Shown here in pieces: positions 14,627 through 30,640 of a stretch of DNA of 64,000 nucleotides. The DNA comes from the human T2T-CHM13v2.0 reference genome, Homo sapiens. The notes beneath the pieces are model-generated. The model was not told where the DNA came from and did not search any database. It saw only the letters and a list, made by a program, of their open reading frames with translations. Both the position numbers and the translations under genes were made by a program. Position 1 is the first letter of the stretch; the number at the start of each line of letters is the position of its first letter. The stretch lies in NCBI RefSeq assembly GCF_009914755.1, contig NC_060927.1; one strand, written 5' to 3'.

Positions 14627-15573
14627 GTCTTGACTCAAATATTGTAATTTTTCTTGGAGTAAAATTTAGGGGCCAAAGGCTGTATTACATGTGTGAATAT
14701 AACATACAGAAAAATTACCTTACATCATATATACCCTGTGGAAATTATTTGGATGATTCAGCGTATTGGAAGAGGTTGATGGGGCCCTAACCATGAAAAA
14801 CTTCAGTGTAAGATTTTAAGGTAAGAGGACCCTCGAGAGTTTTCCCAATTCTGAAACAAAAGTGAAATTCACCAGCTTTGCCTATTAACTTTTCTCTGCT
14901 TTATAGTGTCAATAAGAGGTGTGGATGGAAACACATGGAATTAGATCAGTAGACTGCAAAATCCTGCTTAAGTTCATTAAATATAGTACTAGTCTGGAAT
15001 TCTCTTTTCTCACAAAAGTAAATTTTTTAAATTGAAATGTTGTTATCCCTTTTATGTGATTTAAAATAGAGTTTAATCTGACATCCCTGGTTTATCTTTT
15101 TGATTCATCACAATGGTGTCCTAGATGTGTATACAACATTGTTGGGTTAAAAATTACTGATTTGTGTGTCTTTGAAAGCATCTGAAAAGGAAATTTCTAA
15201 TAGTTCTTTTTTGTTTGATGACACATTATAAATAAGCCTAATGGATATATTATGCAATTTAAAAACAGTATTGTCTAATCCATTTATTATATGTTTATAA
15301 TGCTATATATTTTTTAATTTAAAAACATTTGTAAATTATTAGCCTGTGCCAAATTGTACTTGAATTATTTTCAGTCTGCCAAGAATGTTTCATTCTGTAC
15401 TTTTAATTAAAAGACTGTATATGAAAACCCAGAAAATATGAAATGTAGGATATGGAAATGATACAGTTCTTTAAACCAATTATGTGTAAAAATTCACTTT
15501 TTTGAAACAGCAAGACAGTATCTCATGTGATATTGTCCCTATAATCTAATTTCTATAATTTAATGGAACTTAT

Positions 15574-15833
15574 GGCCTGTACATGGTTTACTCCTGTAAT
15601 CCCAGCACTTTGGGAGGTCGAGGTGGGAGGATTGCTTGAGTTCAGGAGTTCAAGACCAGCCTGGGCAACATAGTAAAACCCCATCTCTACAAAAAGAAGG
15701 AAGTTAGCGAGCATGGTGGTGCATGCTTGTAGTCCCAGCTACTTCAGAGACTGAGCCTGGGAGGTCGAGGCTGTGGTAAGCTGTGTTTGCACCTTGGCAG
15801 TCCACCTGGGCAACAGAGTGAAACCCTGTCTCA
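15574..15833 (+). mobile_element. AluJ with a right-arm deletion and a G-rich tail
   Basis: Alu dimer ending ccctgtctca and followed by ggtgggggttggaggg. Confidence 0.85.
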
Positions 15834-15861
15834 GGTGGGGGTTGGAGGGAGACAGTAATGG

Positions 15862-16242
<381 letters not shown>

Positions 16243-16354
16243 TTACATCTGAAAGTCTTTTAAAAAGTATAATATTCTACTTAGAAATTCAGGGTCATTT
16301 GGAATGCATTGGTACCAGAAAAAGTTTTTGTTTTCCTTTTCTCATTTCTCCCTC

Positions 16355-17945
16355 CAGCTTTTTTGAGGTATAATTGACAATAAAATTGTGTATATTTAAG
16401 GTATATGACATGGTGATTTGATACATGTTTATATTGTGAAACTTACCATAACCAAGTTAGCTAACACGTGTATCACCTTACGTAGTTACCAATTTTTTTT
16501 ATGTTTGTGTGTGTGAGAGAGAACATTAGGATGTACTCTCTTAGCAAATTGCAGGTATACAGTATAGTATTACTAGCTATAGTTAATTATGCTGTACATT
16601 AGATTTCCAGAAATTTTTCATCTTATACTTGAAGGTTGGTACCCTTTAACTGACATCCCCCCATTTCCCCCTACCTTTAGCTCTGGTAACCACCATTCTA
16701 CTCTCTGCTTTTATGAGTTCAACTGTTTTAGATTTCATTCGTAAGTGAAATCATACAGCATTTGTTTTTCTCTTTCTCACTTCACTTAGCATAATGCGCT
16801 TCAGAATCATCCAATGTGTAGCAAATGGCAGGATTTCCTTCCTTTTTTAAATGGGTGAATAATATTCCATTTTATTGATATATACACACACTGAATTTTC
16901 TTTATTCATTTATAGGTGTATGGGCACTTAGGTCATTTCTATATCTTGGCTGTTGTGAATAATGCTGCAGTTAACATGGAGTGCAGTTATCTCTTTGATA
17001 TTCTGATTTCCATTCCTTTGGATATAGACCCAGAAGTAGCATTGCTAAAACAATGTTCTAGTTTTAATTTTTTGAGGAGCCTCCATATTGGTTTCCTTAG
17101 TGGCTCTACCAGTTTACATTCCCCACAAGAATTGCACAGGGCACCCTTTTCTCCACATCCTCACCAATACTTTTCTCTTGTCCTTTTCATAATGGCCATC
17201 CAGTATCTCTTTATGGTTTGGATTTGCAGTTCCCTGATGATAGTAATGTTGAACATTTTTTTCATGTACGTGTTGGCCATTTGTATTTCTTTTTTGGAAA
17301 AATGTGTATTCAGGGCTCTTACCAATTTTTTAAATTTTAGAAACAGAGTCGTGGTCTTTTTTTCAGGCTGGACTGAAGTGGCGCGATCATAGCCCATTGC
17401 AGCCAACTCCTGGGCTTAAGGAATCATCTTGCCTCAGCCTCCCAAGTAGTTAGGACTACAGGTGCATGTCACCACACCCAGCTAATTAAAAAATGTTTTT
17501 TTGTGGAGATGTGGTCTCATTATGTTGCCTAGGCTGGTCTCAAACTTCTGGCTTCATGCAGTCCTCCGCCTTGGTGTCCTAGAGCACTGGGATTGCAGGC
17601 ATGAGCCACCATGTTCAGTGTAGGCCATTTTAAAATCAAATTATGTGGGGTTTTTTTTTTTGCTATTGAGTTATATAAGCTGCTTATATATTTTGGGTAT
17701 TAAGCCCTTATTAGATGTATGGTTTGTAAATGTTTTCTTCCATTCCATAGATTGTCTTTTCATTTTGTTGATTGGTTCCTTTGTTATGCAGGTTTTTAGT
17801 TTTATGTAGTTTTATTTGTTTATTTTTGCTTTTGTTGCACATGCTTTTGGTGTCACATCCAAAAAATCCTTGCCGAGAAAAATGTCAAGGAGATTTTTCC
17901 ATATGTTTTCTTCTAGGAGTTTTATGGTTTCAGGGTACAATGTTT
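16355..17945 (-). mobile_element. L1MA (L1MA8/9-like) 3' end, interrupted by an Alu
   Basis: L1M 3'UTR motifs (ttgaggtataattgaca...ctctggtaaccaccattctactctctg). The minus-strand ORF at 17161-17406 resembles the ORF2 C-terminus (HFSKKEIQMANTYMKK). Confidence 0.85.
17331..17620 (-). mobile_element. AluJ inserted in L1MA
   Basis: Alu dimer on the minus strand, inside L1 sequence. Confidence 0.85.
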
Positions 17946-19029
17946 AAGCCTTACTGTGGTCTTGAATTTTTGTCTTTAGCTTCAGAAGGCAAAAAGCTCC
18001 TCTGGAATTTTGCCAGCTTGTTTTTCTGAGTGTACAGAGGGAAATTACTTCCTACTGATGAGGAAAAGCAGGCAGAAGTTGCTGTTACAGAACAAGAGAT
18101 GGAGAGAAGGAACTTTTAGGTGAGAGGTGGAAAAGGTGTGTTCTTAGCTGAGATGGAGAGCATGAGGTGATACAGCAATACATATTAACTCTGTACTTAA
18201 CACACTGACTACTTGAGCCATTCTGACTGCTCAACGGAATTTTGACACATACTTGAGTTAGGTAAGCAAAGAACCATAGGTTTCTTTTATTTATTTAAAT
18301 CTTTTATACAGATATTTGTAAAATCTGATGTTTATATGTGAGAGCCATTTGTGAAGATACTGTATTTAACTATTTACACAAAGATCTTTTGTGTTTTTGA
18401 GTTGAACTTTAAAAGTAATTAAATGAGTTAACTTGAATAGAATTTCTGAAGAGCTTCTGCCTATAATATTGATTTTGGCTTTGACATAATTGATACTTAC
18501 CTATTCTGACAGTGATAGGCTAACAGATTCAGTCCCTTATTGCTTGAGTCACTTTTTGGAACATGATAATAGCATCATGTCACCTTAGTGGAAGATGCTC
18601 ATCTTTTATTTATTTATTTTTCTATAGTGGATGAGGGCCTTTCGTTTAAGAGCTACAATGATTTGATGTTTAAAAAAGAGGGTGGTTTGAACATAGCCCT
18701 GCTTAATTTTAAGGAGTGCATTTGCTTATCAAAAGATCATTTCAGTCATTTTGATTTTTATAGTATTTTGGCAAAGGCTTAAAAGGATCATTGAAAGTCC
18801 TGACTTCATACTATTTTTATAGAGCTTGGTTCATAGATGGTGTATATCTTAAAAAATCTTAGAATTCTTAGCATGTTTATTATTTTAAAATTTTGGCGAA
18901 ACTGCATAGGTCAGTTGTATCTTAGAATAGATAAAAGCCTCCCTATTTTTCTTAACAAGTTCTAGATTAGACAACTCAGACTAAGTTTTTTTGTACTTCG
19001 TTTCATTCTACAGGGTATCCGTGGTGACT

Positions 19030-19250
19030 AATAATAATAACAGTTAACATTACTGAGTGCTTACTATGAGTCGGGTACATGATCTTACATAATTCTTACA
19101 TTAATCATATGATGTAGGTACTACCATTACCTATGTTTTGCTGTCGAGAAAATGTTGGAAGAGTTAAGTATCTTACCAAAATTTAACATTCTGGGAGACA
19201 GAGGTAGACTGCAAACCCTAGGAAGTCTTACCTTTGCTCCCTAATCTCTA
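19030..19250 (+). mobile_element. MIR SINE
   Basis: aataataacagttaacattactgagtgcttactatg...gtaggtactaccattacc...gaagagttaagtatcttacc. Confidence 0.65.
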
Positions 19251-20762
19251 CAGAGGGAAATGCAAATTAGAATAAGTGTCCCAAGTGGAAGAGAAAGAAC
19301 ATTTTACTGTTCGTATCTTTAGGTTACACAGCTATTATAGCTGGACCGTGAGTTTGACTCTGAATTTTCTATAGCAAAAAAATAAAAAATAAAAAACAAA
19401 AAAAGGAAAAGGAAAAAAAAAAAAGGTGGGGAGGACAAAAGAGTTAGAATAGCACACATAAAACCTATTTCTTAGGAATTCTCAAAATCCCTGTGCGAGC
19501 CACAAAAGGAGTCTCTGGGAGATTTGGGATGATTTCTTCAACATCATTCCTATATCATGTGACTTTGAGTTTTTAATGGGACTGCCTCTTTTGATCCCAC
19601 AAAGAAATTTTAGAATATAATGCCAAAGCATCATTTGGTAAGAATTCTGTGAGAGATCATGATGATGTGGCCCAAGTATGCATGGTTTGGTATGATTCAT
19701 ACATAAAATCCAGATAACTTAGGAGAATGAAATGGATGGCCTGTACATTTGCCAGTCAATCCTTGGTTTTGTATATACTTCAGAAATCAAATGAGCAGAT
19801 AATATATTTAAGATCTTTGCTTTGAAATTGAAAACAAGAAACATTGTAGTAATTGTATTCATATTATTAAGCTTGCAAGTGAATGGGTAATTATTTCCAG
19901 GTTAAGTGATTGTCTTACAAGTGAAGAGAGTCAATTTTTCAGTCCTGTGAAATGCAGCATAGAGATGCCAAGTTAGATATAGACTGAAAAGTGTTCACTA
20001 CATTTCCAGACAAGTCTTGTGTATTTTAGTAGTAATAGCGTCAGTAGAGTATTGCAGAGTTGTGAGTGCAAGGTGAGAAAGCGGCAAACCTCTCTGTGTA
20101 GAAATGTCTTTGTAGAAGCAAATTGCAAAGGGAAGAAGGAAAGGACCAGATGTGGGAGGAGGATTTTTGTTTAAGGAATTGAAGAGGCTTCAGACTGATT
20201 ATATGCTATGAAGAAGGAACGAATGGAGAAGGAAGAATTGAAGATTAGAAAAGCAGTAATGATTGATGCTGCAAGGTGAGTATGGTTGAACTTGAAGGGG
20301 ATGGAATTCAGATCATTGAGGGTGGCAAGTGGATCATCTCTACTGAGAAGTTAGGGTGTCTTTCTCACTTCAGTTCCCTCACCCTCCCCACATGGTAGTG
20401 TGGTTTAGCTTAGAAAAAGTGACTGAAGTTAGGATGTGAATGAAGCATGCATAACCAGACTGGAGAGGTGACTGGGACCAGCAAGCAGCTGTTCTATCCT
20501 GAACTCTAAATAAGGCCTGCTGAAGGGGGACTAGGGGTAAAAGATGGAATAAGCTAAAGAACAACAGAGAAACCATGAATTTTAGTGAAAATAAAATGAA
20601 TCCCCTTTTGCCATATCTCCTCCAGTGCATAGGCTCACTGCCTCAGAGGTTCCTTATCCAAGAATGCATGTGGTTGAGGCCACAGGGAACCATTGGTAAG
20701 GATTTCTCTCTCACATAGGAAGCTTGTTTTAGGTGGGCAGTACATTTGAAACCCACTTGGAG

Positions 20763-24405
<3,643 letters not shown>

Positions 24406-26198
24406 AAACCCGCTTGGAGTTGGCGTGTAGTGTTAAAAGCTAAACTCCAAAGGCTTTTGGGGCTCTATTGCTCTTGGGGACACATTGAAATAAAGAAATG
24501 TAGAGGGCACTCAGAGACTGGACTGTGTTAGCTGGGAAGGATCACAGTCTGCCAGGAAATCAGTTCTCACCTTCCAATGGGACAGGATTTGAGGGTGGGA
24601 GTTGGGGTAGGAGAAAGGGAGCAGAGAGGAAAAATTTGTAACTGTCATGCAAAAGGCCAGTTAAGAGAATCTCAACTACTCTGGGCACCAAAGAGCAGCT
24701 TTTAGTAGATAGTTGAGTTGGAGCCGGGAGCAGCAGCATCAACAACAGCAACAGCTGAAATAGCTTGTGCAGGACATTAGAGCTCTTCATGGGTAGAGTG
24801 CAGGAAGGCCATGACAATGGAAGCAGTAATAGAAATCATACAGGGAGGAAAATGATGTGCAGCTTAATATGGTGAGATGCCCAGTAGAAAAAGGGGAAAA
24901 ATGTTTATTCTGTTTATAAGGGAGTAACATGTTTCTCAGCCGTAGCAGCCCCAGGGGCTAAGAATCAAGAAATAGGGATCAAAACAATACCAGGAATTTG
25001 AAATTCCTTGAAAATCTTGGTTTAGAGTCCCTTCTGTATAACTGTGCTGACCCCAGAAATGCCTTGTCCTGGTGCAGGCCCCGAGTAGCTCATCCATTTC
25101 CTGTCTGGCTACCACCCCAGCAACAATGAGCTAGGCAGGTCCCTGCCTCTGGGTCCTTGACTGTGGTCAAGACTCTTTCCACCCCCCTCCTCCTTTTTTT
25201 TTTTTTTTTTTGCCTCTCCAGTGGATGAATTTGCTCCTTTTGTGTAGTGGGCTCTCCCTGTCACAAGATGTCCCTCATCTAAGGTGAGGGTCAGGAATCC
25301 TTATTTCCTGATGCTACTCCTAGTCTACTGTTCTGTGGTAGAATTGCCTTTGGGTGCCATGCATGTGCTGCGATGGTGTATTTTGTGCACAAAGGGCTTG
25401 GCTGATCTTGTCTTTTGCCGTTCCTGCACTCTTTTGTATGAGAGCCCCACGGGCCTGGGTTATTCTGTACCTCAGGTAGGAACCTGGAACCAAGGCTTGG
25501 AGTTAGGGGAAACACTCGTTCTGGCTCACAGATAAACCCTGGGGCCCTGCAGGGCTCGTTCTGTTCTCCTTCTCCCCAAGTGGTTCTGGTATTCTGGCCC
25601 TGAGGAAGTATAGAGTACATACAGAGAAGCAGACAGGGTAGGTTCTGATACAGGTACCAACTGAGTGTTTCGGTCTCTGAAGCTTTCAGTCTTTTAACTT
25701 GCCAGAAAAGAAGGAAATGGTTTGACTGAATGGATTATTACTGGCATCTGATATTTCTAGCTTCCTGTGTGAGAAAGTGCTCTGTCAGGTCTGATTTGTG
25801 TGGATTTTTGTTACTAGTTACAATGTTTAACAGTTTCAGGAATTCATTTAACACACTCTCTTAGGTGTGCAATTGTTTTTCTCAGGGAAATCTAGTGTTT
25901 AATTACAAGTCTCAGATTAAGAACGATAATTGTCTAACATTTATGAAATCCTGCTGACAACTAAGTTTATACTCCATTTGTTAACAGGCTGTTCCTGATT
26001 CGATCTGCTTGCATCTCTTCTAACTTGTGAGTGACTTGGAAGGAGCAGACTTCATCTTACTTCTATTCATTTCTCAATTAACTATGACTAACATACACTA
26101 GGCACCCAAAAAGTTAAGATGATAGCAGTAATGAAGAGAAATGGACCTTGAGTTTCAGAAACTTGTATTCTAATGGACCTTCAAAAGATGGCAAGTAT

Positions 26199-27597
26199 TG
26201 TGTCTGGAATTGGTGGGTTCTTGGTCTCGCTGACTTCAAGAATGAAGCCACGGACCCTCGCGGTGAGTGTTACAGTTCTTAAAGATGGTGTGTCTAGAGT
26301 TTGTTCCTTCAGATGTTCAGATGTTTCTGGAGTTTCTTCCTTCTGGTGGGTTTGTGGTCTTGCTGGCTTCAGGAGTGAAGCTACAGACCTTCACGGTGAG
26401 TGTTGCAGCTCATAAAGGTGGCGCGGACCCAAAGAATGAGCAGCAGCAAGATTTATTGCAAAGAGCCAAAGAACAAAGCTTCCACAGCGTGGTAAGGGGA
26501 CCCGAGTGGGTTGCTGCCGCTGGCTCGGGCAGCCTGCTTTTATTCCCTTATCTGACCCCACCCACAGCCTACTGATTGGCCCATTTTATGGAGAGCTGAT
26601 TGGTCCATTTTACAGAGAGCTGATTGGTCCATTTTGACAGGGTGTTGATTGGTGCGTTTACAATCCCTGAGCTAGACACAGAGTGCTGATTGGTGTATTT
26701 ACAATCCTCTAGCTAGATGTAAAAGTTCTCCAAGTCCTCACTAGATTAACTAGACACAGAGCACTGATTGGTGTGTTTACAAACCTTGAGATAGACACAG
26801 GGTGCTAATTGGTGTATTTACAATCCTTTAGCTAGACATAAAGGTTCTCCAAGCCCCCACCAGATTAGCTAGATACAGAGTGCTCATTGGTGCATCCACG
26901 AACCCTGAGCTAGACACAGAGTGCTGATTGGTGCATATACAGTCCTCCAGCTAGACATAAAAGTTCTCCAAGTCGTCACCTGACTCAGGAGCCCAGCTGG
27001 CTTCGCCTAGTGGATCCCGCGCCAGGGCCGTGGGTGGAGCTGCCCACCAGTCCCGCACGGCGCCTGCACTTCTCAGCCCTTGGGCAGTCAATGGGACTGG
27101 GTGCCGTGGAGCAGGGGGTGATGCCTGTTGGGGAGGCTCGGTCCATGCTGGAGCCCACCGCCAGGGGGCTCGGCCATGGCGGGCTGCAGGTCCCGAGCCC
27201 TGCCCCGCGGGGAGGTGGCTGAGGCCTGGCGAGAGTTCGAGTGTGGCACGGGCAGTCTGGCACTGCTGGGGGATCCGGCGCTCCCTGGCCTGGGTGCTAA
27301 GTCCCTCACTGCCCGGGGCCGGCCGGCTTCTCTGAGTGTGGGGCCTGCCAAGCCCACGCCCACCCAGAACTTTCACTGGCCCACGAGCACCACACGCAGC
27401 CCGGGTTCCCACCCGTGCCTCTCCTTCCACACCTCCCCGCAAGCAGAGGGGGCTGGCTCCATACTTGGCCAGCCCAGAGAGGGGCTCCCACAGTGCAGCA
27501 GCGGACTGATGGGCTCCTCAAGGGTGGCCAGAGCAGACGCCAAGGCCGAGGAGGCGCTGAGAGCGAGCGAGGGCCGCCAGCACGTTGTCACCTCTCA
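26199..27597 (-). mobile_element. Solo LTR12 (ERV9/HERV9 LTR; LTR12D/E-like)
   Basis: Minus strand begins TGAGAGGTGACAACGTGCTGG and ends CCACCAATTCCAGACACA. 4-bp TSD gtat at 26195-26198 and 27598-27601. Tandem CCAAT repeats and a GC-rich U3. Confidence 0.95.
26530..26935 (-). promoter_or_regulatory. LTR12 enhancer/promoter: nine CCAAT boxes and an AATAAAA TATA-like element
   Basis: Nine attgg motifs on the + strand between ~26575 and 26931; gcttttattccc at ~26536-26547. LTR12 elements are known NF-Y-dependent promoters. Confidence 0.7.
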
Positions 27598-27656
27598 GTA
27601 TGAGTGTGTTGTAGTGTATGTGTGAAAGGGAGTTTTGCAATGGGAGTATGGGATGA

Positions 27657-28186
27657 TGTGTTAGTCATAGTTCTACAGAGAAATAGACTATCTATCTATC
27701 TATATCTCAGAGAGAGAGAGAGAGAGAGATTGAGTGTAAGGAATTGGCTCATGCAATTATGGAGACCAAGTGCCAAGATATGGAGACAGCAAGCTGGAGA
27801 CTCAGGAGAGCTGTGGCGTAGTAGTTTCTGTCCAAGTCCAGAGGCCTGAGAACCAGGAGAGCCAGTAGTATAAGTTCTAGTCTGAAAGCTGGCAGGCCCA
27901 AGACCAAGAAGAGCCCAAGTTTCAGTTTGAGTCCCGAAGCAGGAAAAGACTGATATTCCATTTCAAGCAGTCAGACAAGTCTTATGGCAGGGTCAGCCTT
28001 TTAGTTCTCTTCAGGCCATCAACTGATTGGATAAGGGCGACTCACATTAGGGAGGGCAATTTGCTTCCAATTCAGCTGTTTATCTCATCAAAAAACACCC
28101 TCACAGACACACTTGGAATAATGTTTGACCAAATGTCTGGACACTTTGTGCCCCAGTCAAGTTGACACATAAAATTAATCATCACA
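27657..28186 (-). mobile_element. MLT2 (ERVL) solo LTR
   Basis: Ends ccagtcaagttgacacataaaattaatcatcaca (reverse complement of the MLT2 start); internal (CTAT)n(AG)n; TSD gatga/gatgg. Confidence 0.85.
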
Positions 28187-28231
28187 GATGGTTTACACTT
28201 CTAAAACAATTTTATATAGTAAGAAGCAATA

Positions 28232-28716
<485 letters not shown>

Positions 28717-28845
28717 TACTTTTAAAGCATCATGAAATAACTGAATAAGAACTTGTAAATTGCTGAATTATGAATCATTCTCCTGGTTTCCAGTATTATT
28801 TTTATTAGAAGTTGACATGGTACATGCTGGTTAAAATATGACCCA

Positions 28846-28945
28846 GGCTGGTTCAAGTGCAGTGTGGTGTTTACAACCAACTGATCACAGCCAGTTACAG
28901 ATTTCTTTGTTCCTTTTCTACTCCCACTGCTTCACTTGACTAGCC
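28846..28945 (+). pseudogene. Y3 RNA (RNY3-derived) retropseudogene
   Basis: ggctggttcaagtgcagtg...ttacagatttctttgttcc...cactgcttcacttgactagcc matches hY3 over its full length. Degenerate 14-bp TSD taaaatatgaccca/taaagtgtgatcca; no oligo-T terminator. Confidence 0.93.
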
Positions 28946-29405
28946 ATATATGTATGCGTGTATGTATATATGTAATAAAGTGTGATCCAGATGTTAACAA
29001 ACTTGATTCTTCTTACTGACTGAATCATTATTGTTCAGAAACCCTTTGATACAATGGGAAAAAAAATGCTGTTGATATAAGAAGGGAGTCAAATATTACA
29101 GGACTGGACTGTTGATTAAAAAATTATTTTTAAAGCACAGTAGCTATGAATTACTGTGCTGTTGTATTTGTCTCTATATGTGTTGCTGATTTCTGATCTT
29201 GGATCATGTTTAAAACCAGTGGCAGTCTGTAAATACCAACAATTATTATCTTTTGATACCCTTTTAAGTTATGAAACTCATATTGTTGAAGAAATACCTG
29301 GATTCATTAAGAAAATGATTTTTTTCCCTCTTTCTTTCCCCTCTTCTTCTTCTCTCTTCCTTTCCCGACCCCCTTCCTTTCCTGGAAGGTCTTTCTGTTA
29401 TATGA

Positions 29406-29705
29406 ACAGAGTGACGAGTCCCTCTCTGTTGCCCACTGTGTTGCGGCAGGCTGCGGTGCAGTGGCAAGGTCACGGTTCACTGCATCCTAGCTCAGTAGAT
29501 CCTCCTATCTCCGTCTCCCAAGTACCTGGGACTGTAGGCGCGCACCACCATGCCTGGCTAATTTTTTTTTTTGTATTTTTTATAGAGATGGAGTTTCTCC
29601 ATGTTGCCCAGGCTGGTCTTGAACTCCTGGGCTAAAGTGATCTTCCTGCCTCAGAGGCACCTCCCAAAGTGCTGGGATTACAGGTATGAGCCATCGCGCC
29701 CAGCC
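29406..29705 (-). mobile_element. AluJ
   Basis: Alu dimer with a diverged right arm, preceded by a CT-rich tract. Confidence 0.85.
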
Positions 29706-29959
29706 TAAGAAACTGATTTTCAGTGACTGTATTCCTTCATATGTGTGTTCCACAATTTAATCCTAGAATTCTTTGGTTTTTAAAATAATGATACACTGGA
29801 TATTATTTATAAATATTCTGAGTAGCTCTTATTATTTCTTTACAGCAAATGCTGTGTAGGTAATAAATGGAGTGATGTCAAATAGTATCCATTTTTTTTG
29901 AAGAGTTTTGATAAATATTGCCTAATTGCCCTTATTTATTCACTCATATAAAATCAATA

Positions 29960-30640
29960 ATAATTACAGCTAACTTGTTTAGAGTGCTGGTCAGGACCTG
30001 AGCTGTATGTGGACTGTTCAATGTAATCCTCAAAATAACTTTTTGAGGAAGTTGTTATCAATGTCCTTATCAGGAAATATCTGAGTGCCTACTGTGTGTA
30101 AAGCGTTGTGTTAGGCAGGGGGACTGCAGTAATGAGCAACCAACCATTGTTGATGCCCACATTCTAGAGGATGTGCTTAACAATTACTGTCAGTTAATTT
30201 AATTGCGTTGTGGGAAAGGCTGTGAAAGAGAAATTTGGGCTGCTTTGAAAGTATATCACACAGGGTGAGAGAAGCGGTGCTAAGAGAGAAATTATCTTTG
30301 TATAAACATCTCGGTAGCCTAGGTGGAGTAGCCAAGGTAAAAGGACGTGTTTTAGGCAGAGGCGGCAGCATGTGTGAAGGCACTGAGGTGCTAAACGGTG
30401 GACATGTCCCGGAAGCTGAAATAGACCAATTGTGCCTGGAATACTGAGGTGTTACAGTAGATTGACTCAAGATAAGGCTGGGCCTAGATCAAATCCTGCA
30501 TTGTGTTTCTGGCCACCTGAAGGATTTAGTCCTTCCTAAGAGCAATGGGAAGCCTTTGAAGTGTTTTTAGGGAGGACCCGTAAGATGATTTATATTTTAA
30601 AAAGAATGACTTACCTGCTTTGTGGACAGTGGGTTTGTAA
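29960..30640. mobile_element. MIR fragment followed by an L2 fragment
   Basis: taattacagctaacttg...taatcctcaaaataac (MIR); ctgagtgcctactgtgtg...ggcagaggcggcagcatgtgtgaaggcactgagg...agcaatgggaagcctttgaag (L2). Confidence 0.65.

Noticed and set aside
19375-19425. Orphan A-rich tract as a retroposed tail
   Set aside because: No recognisable element body or convincing TSD; treated as simple low-complexity sequence.
26570-26960. Regularly spaced repeats resembling a CRISPR-like array
   Set aside because: These are the standard LTR12 U3 CCAAT-containing tandem repeats; the spacers are themselves repetitive and the DNA is primate.
26951-27625. Overlapping GC-rich ORFs or a CpG-island gene promoter
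   Set aside because: They lie almost entirely within the LTR12 U3, where high GC content makes stop codons scarce.
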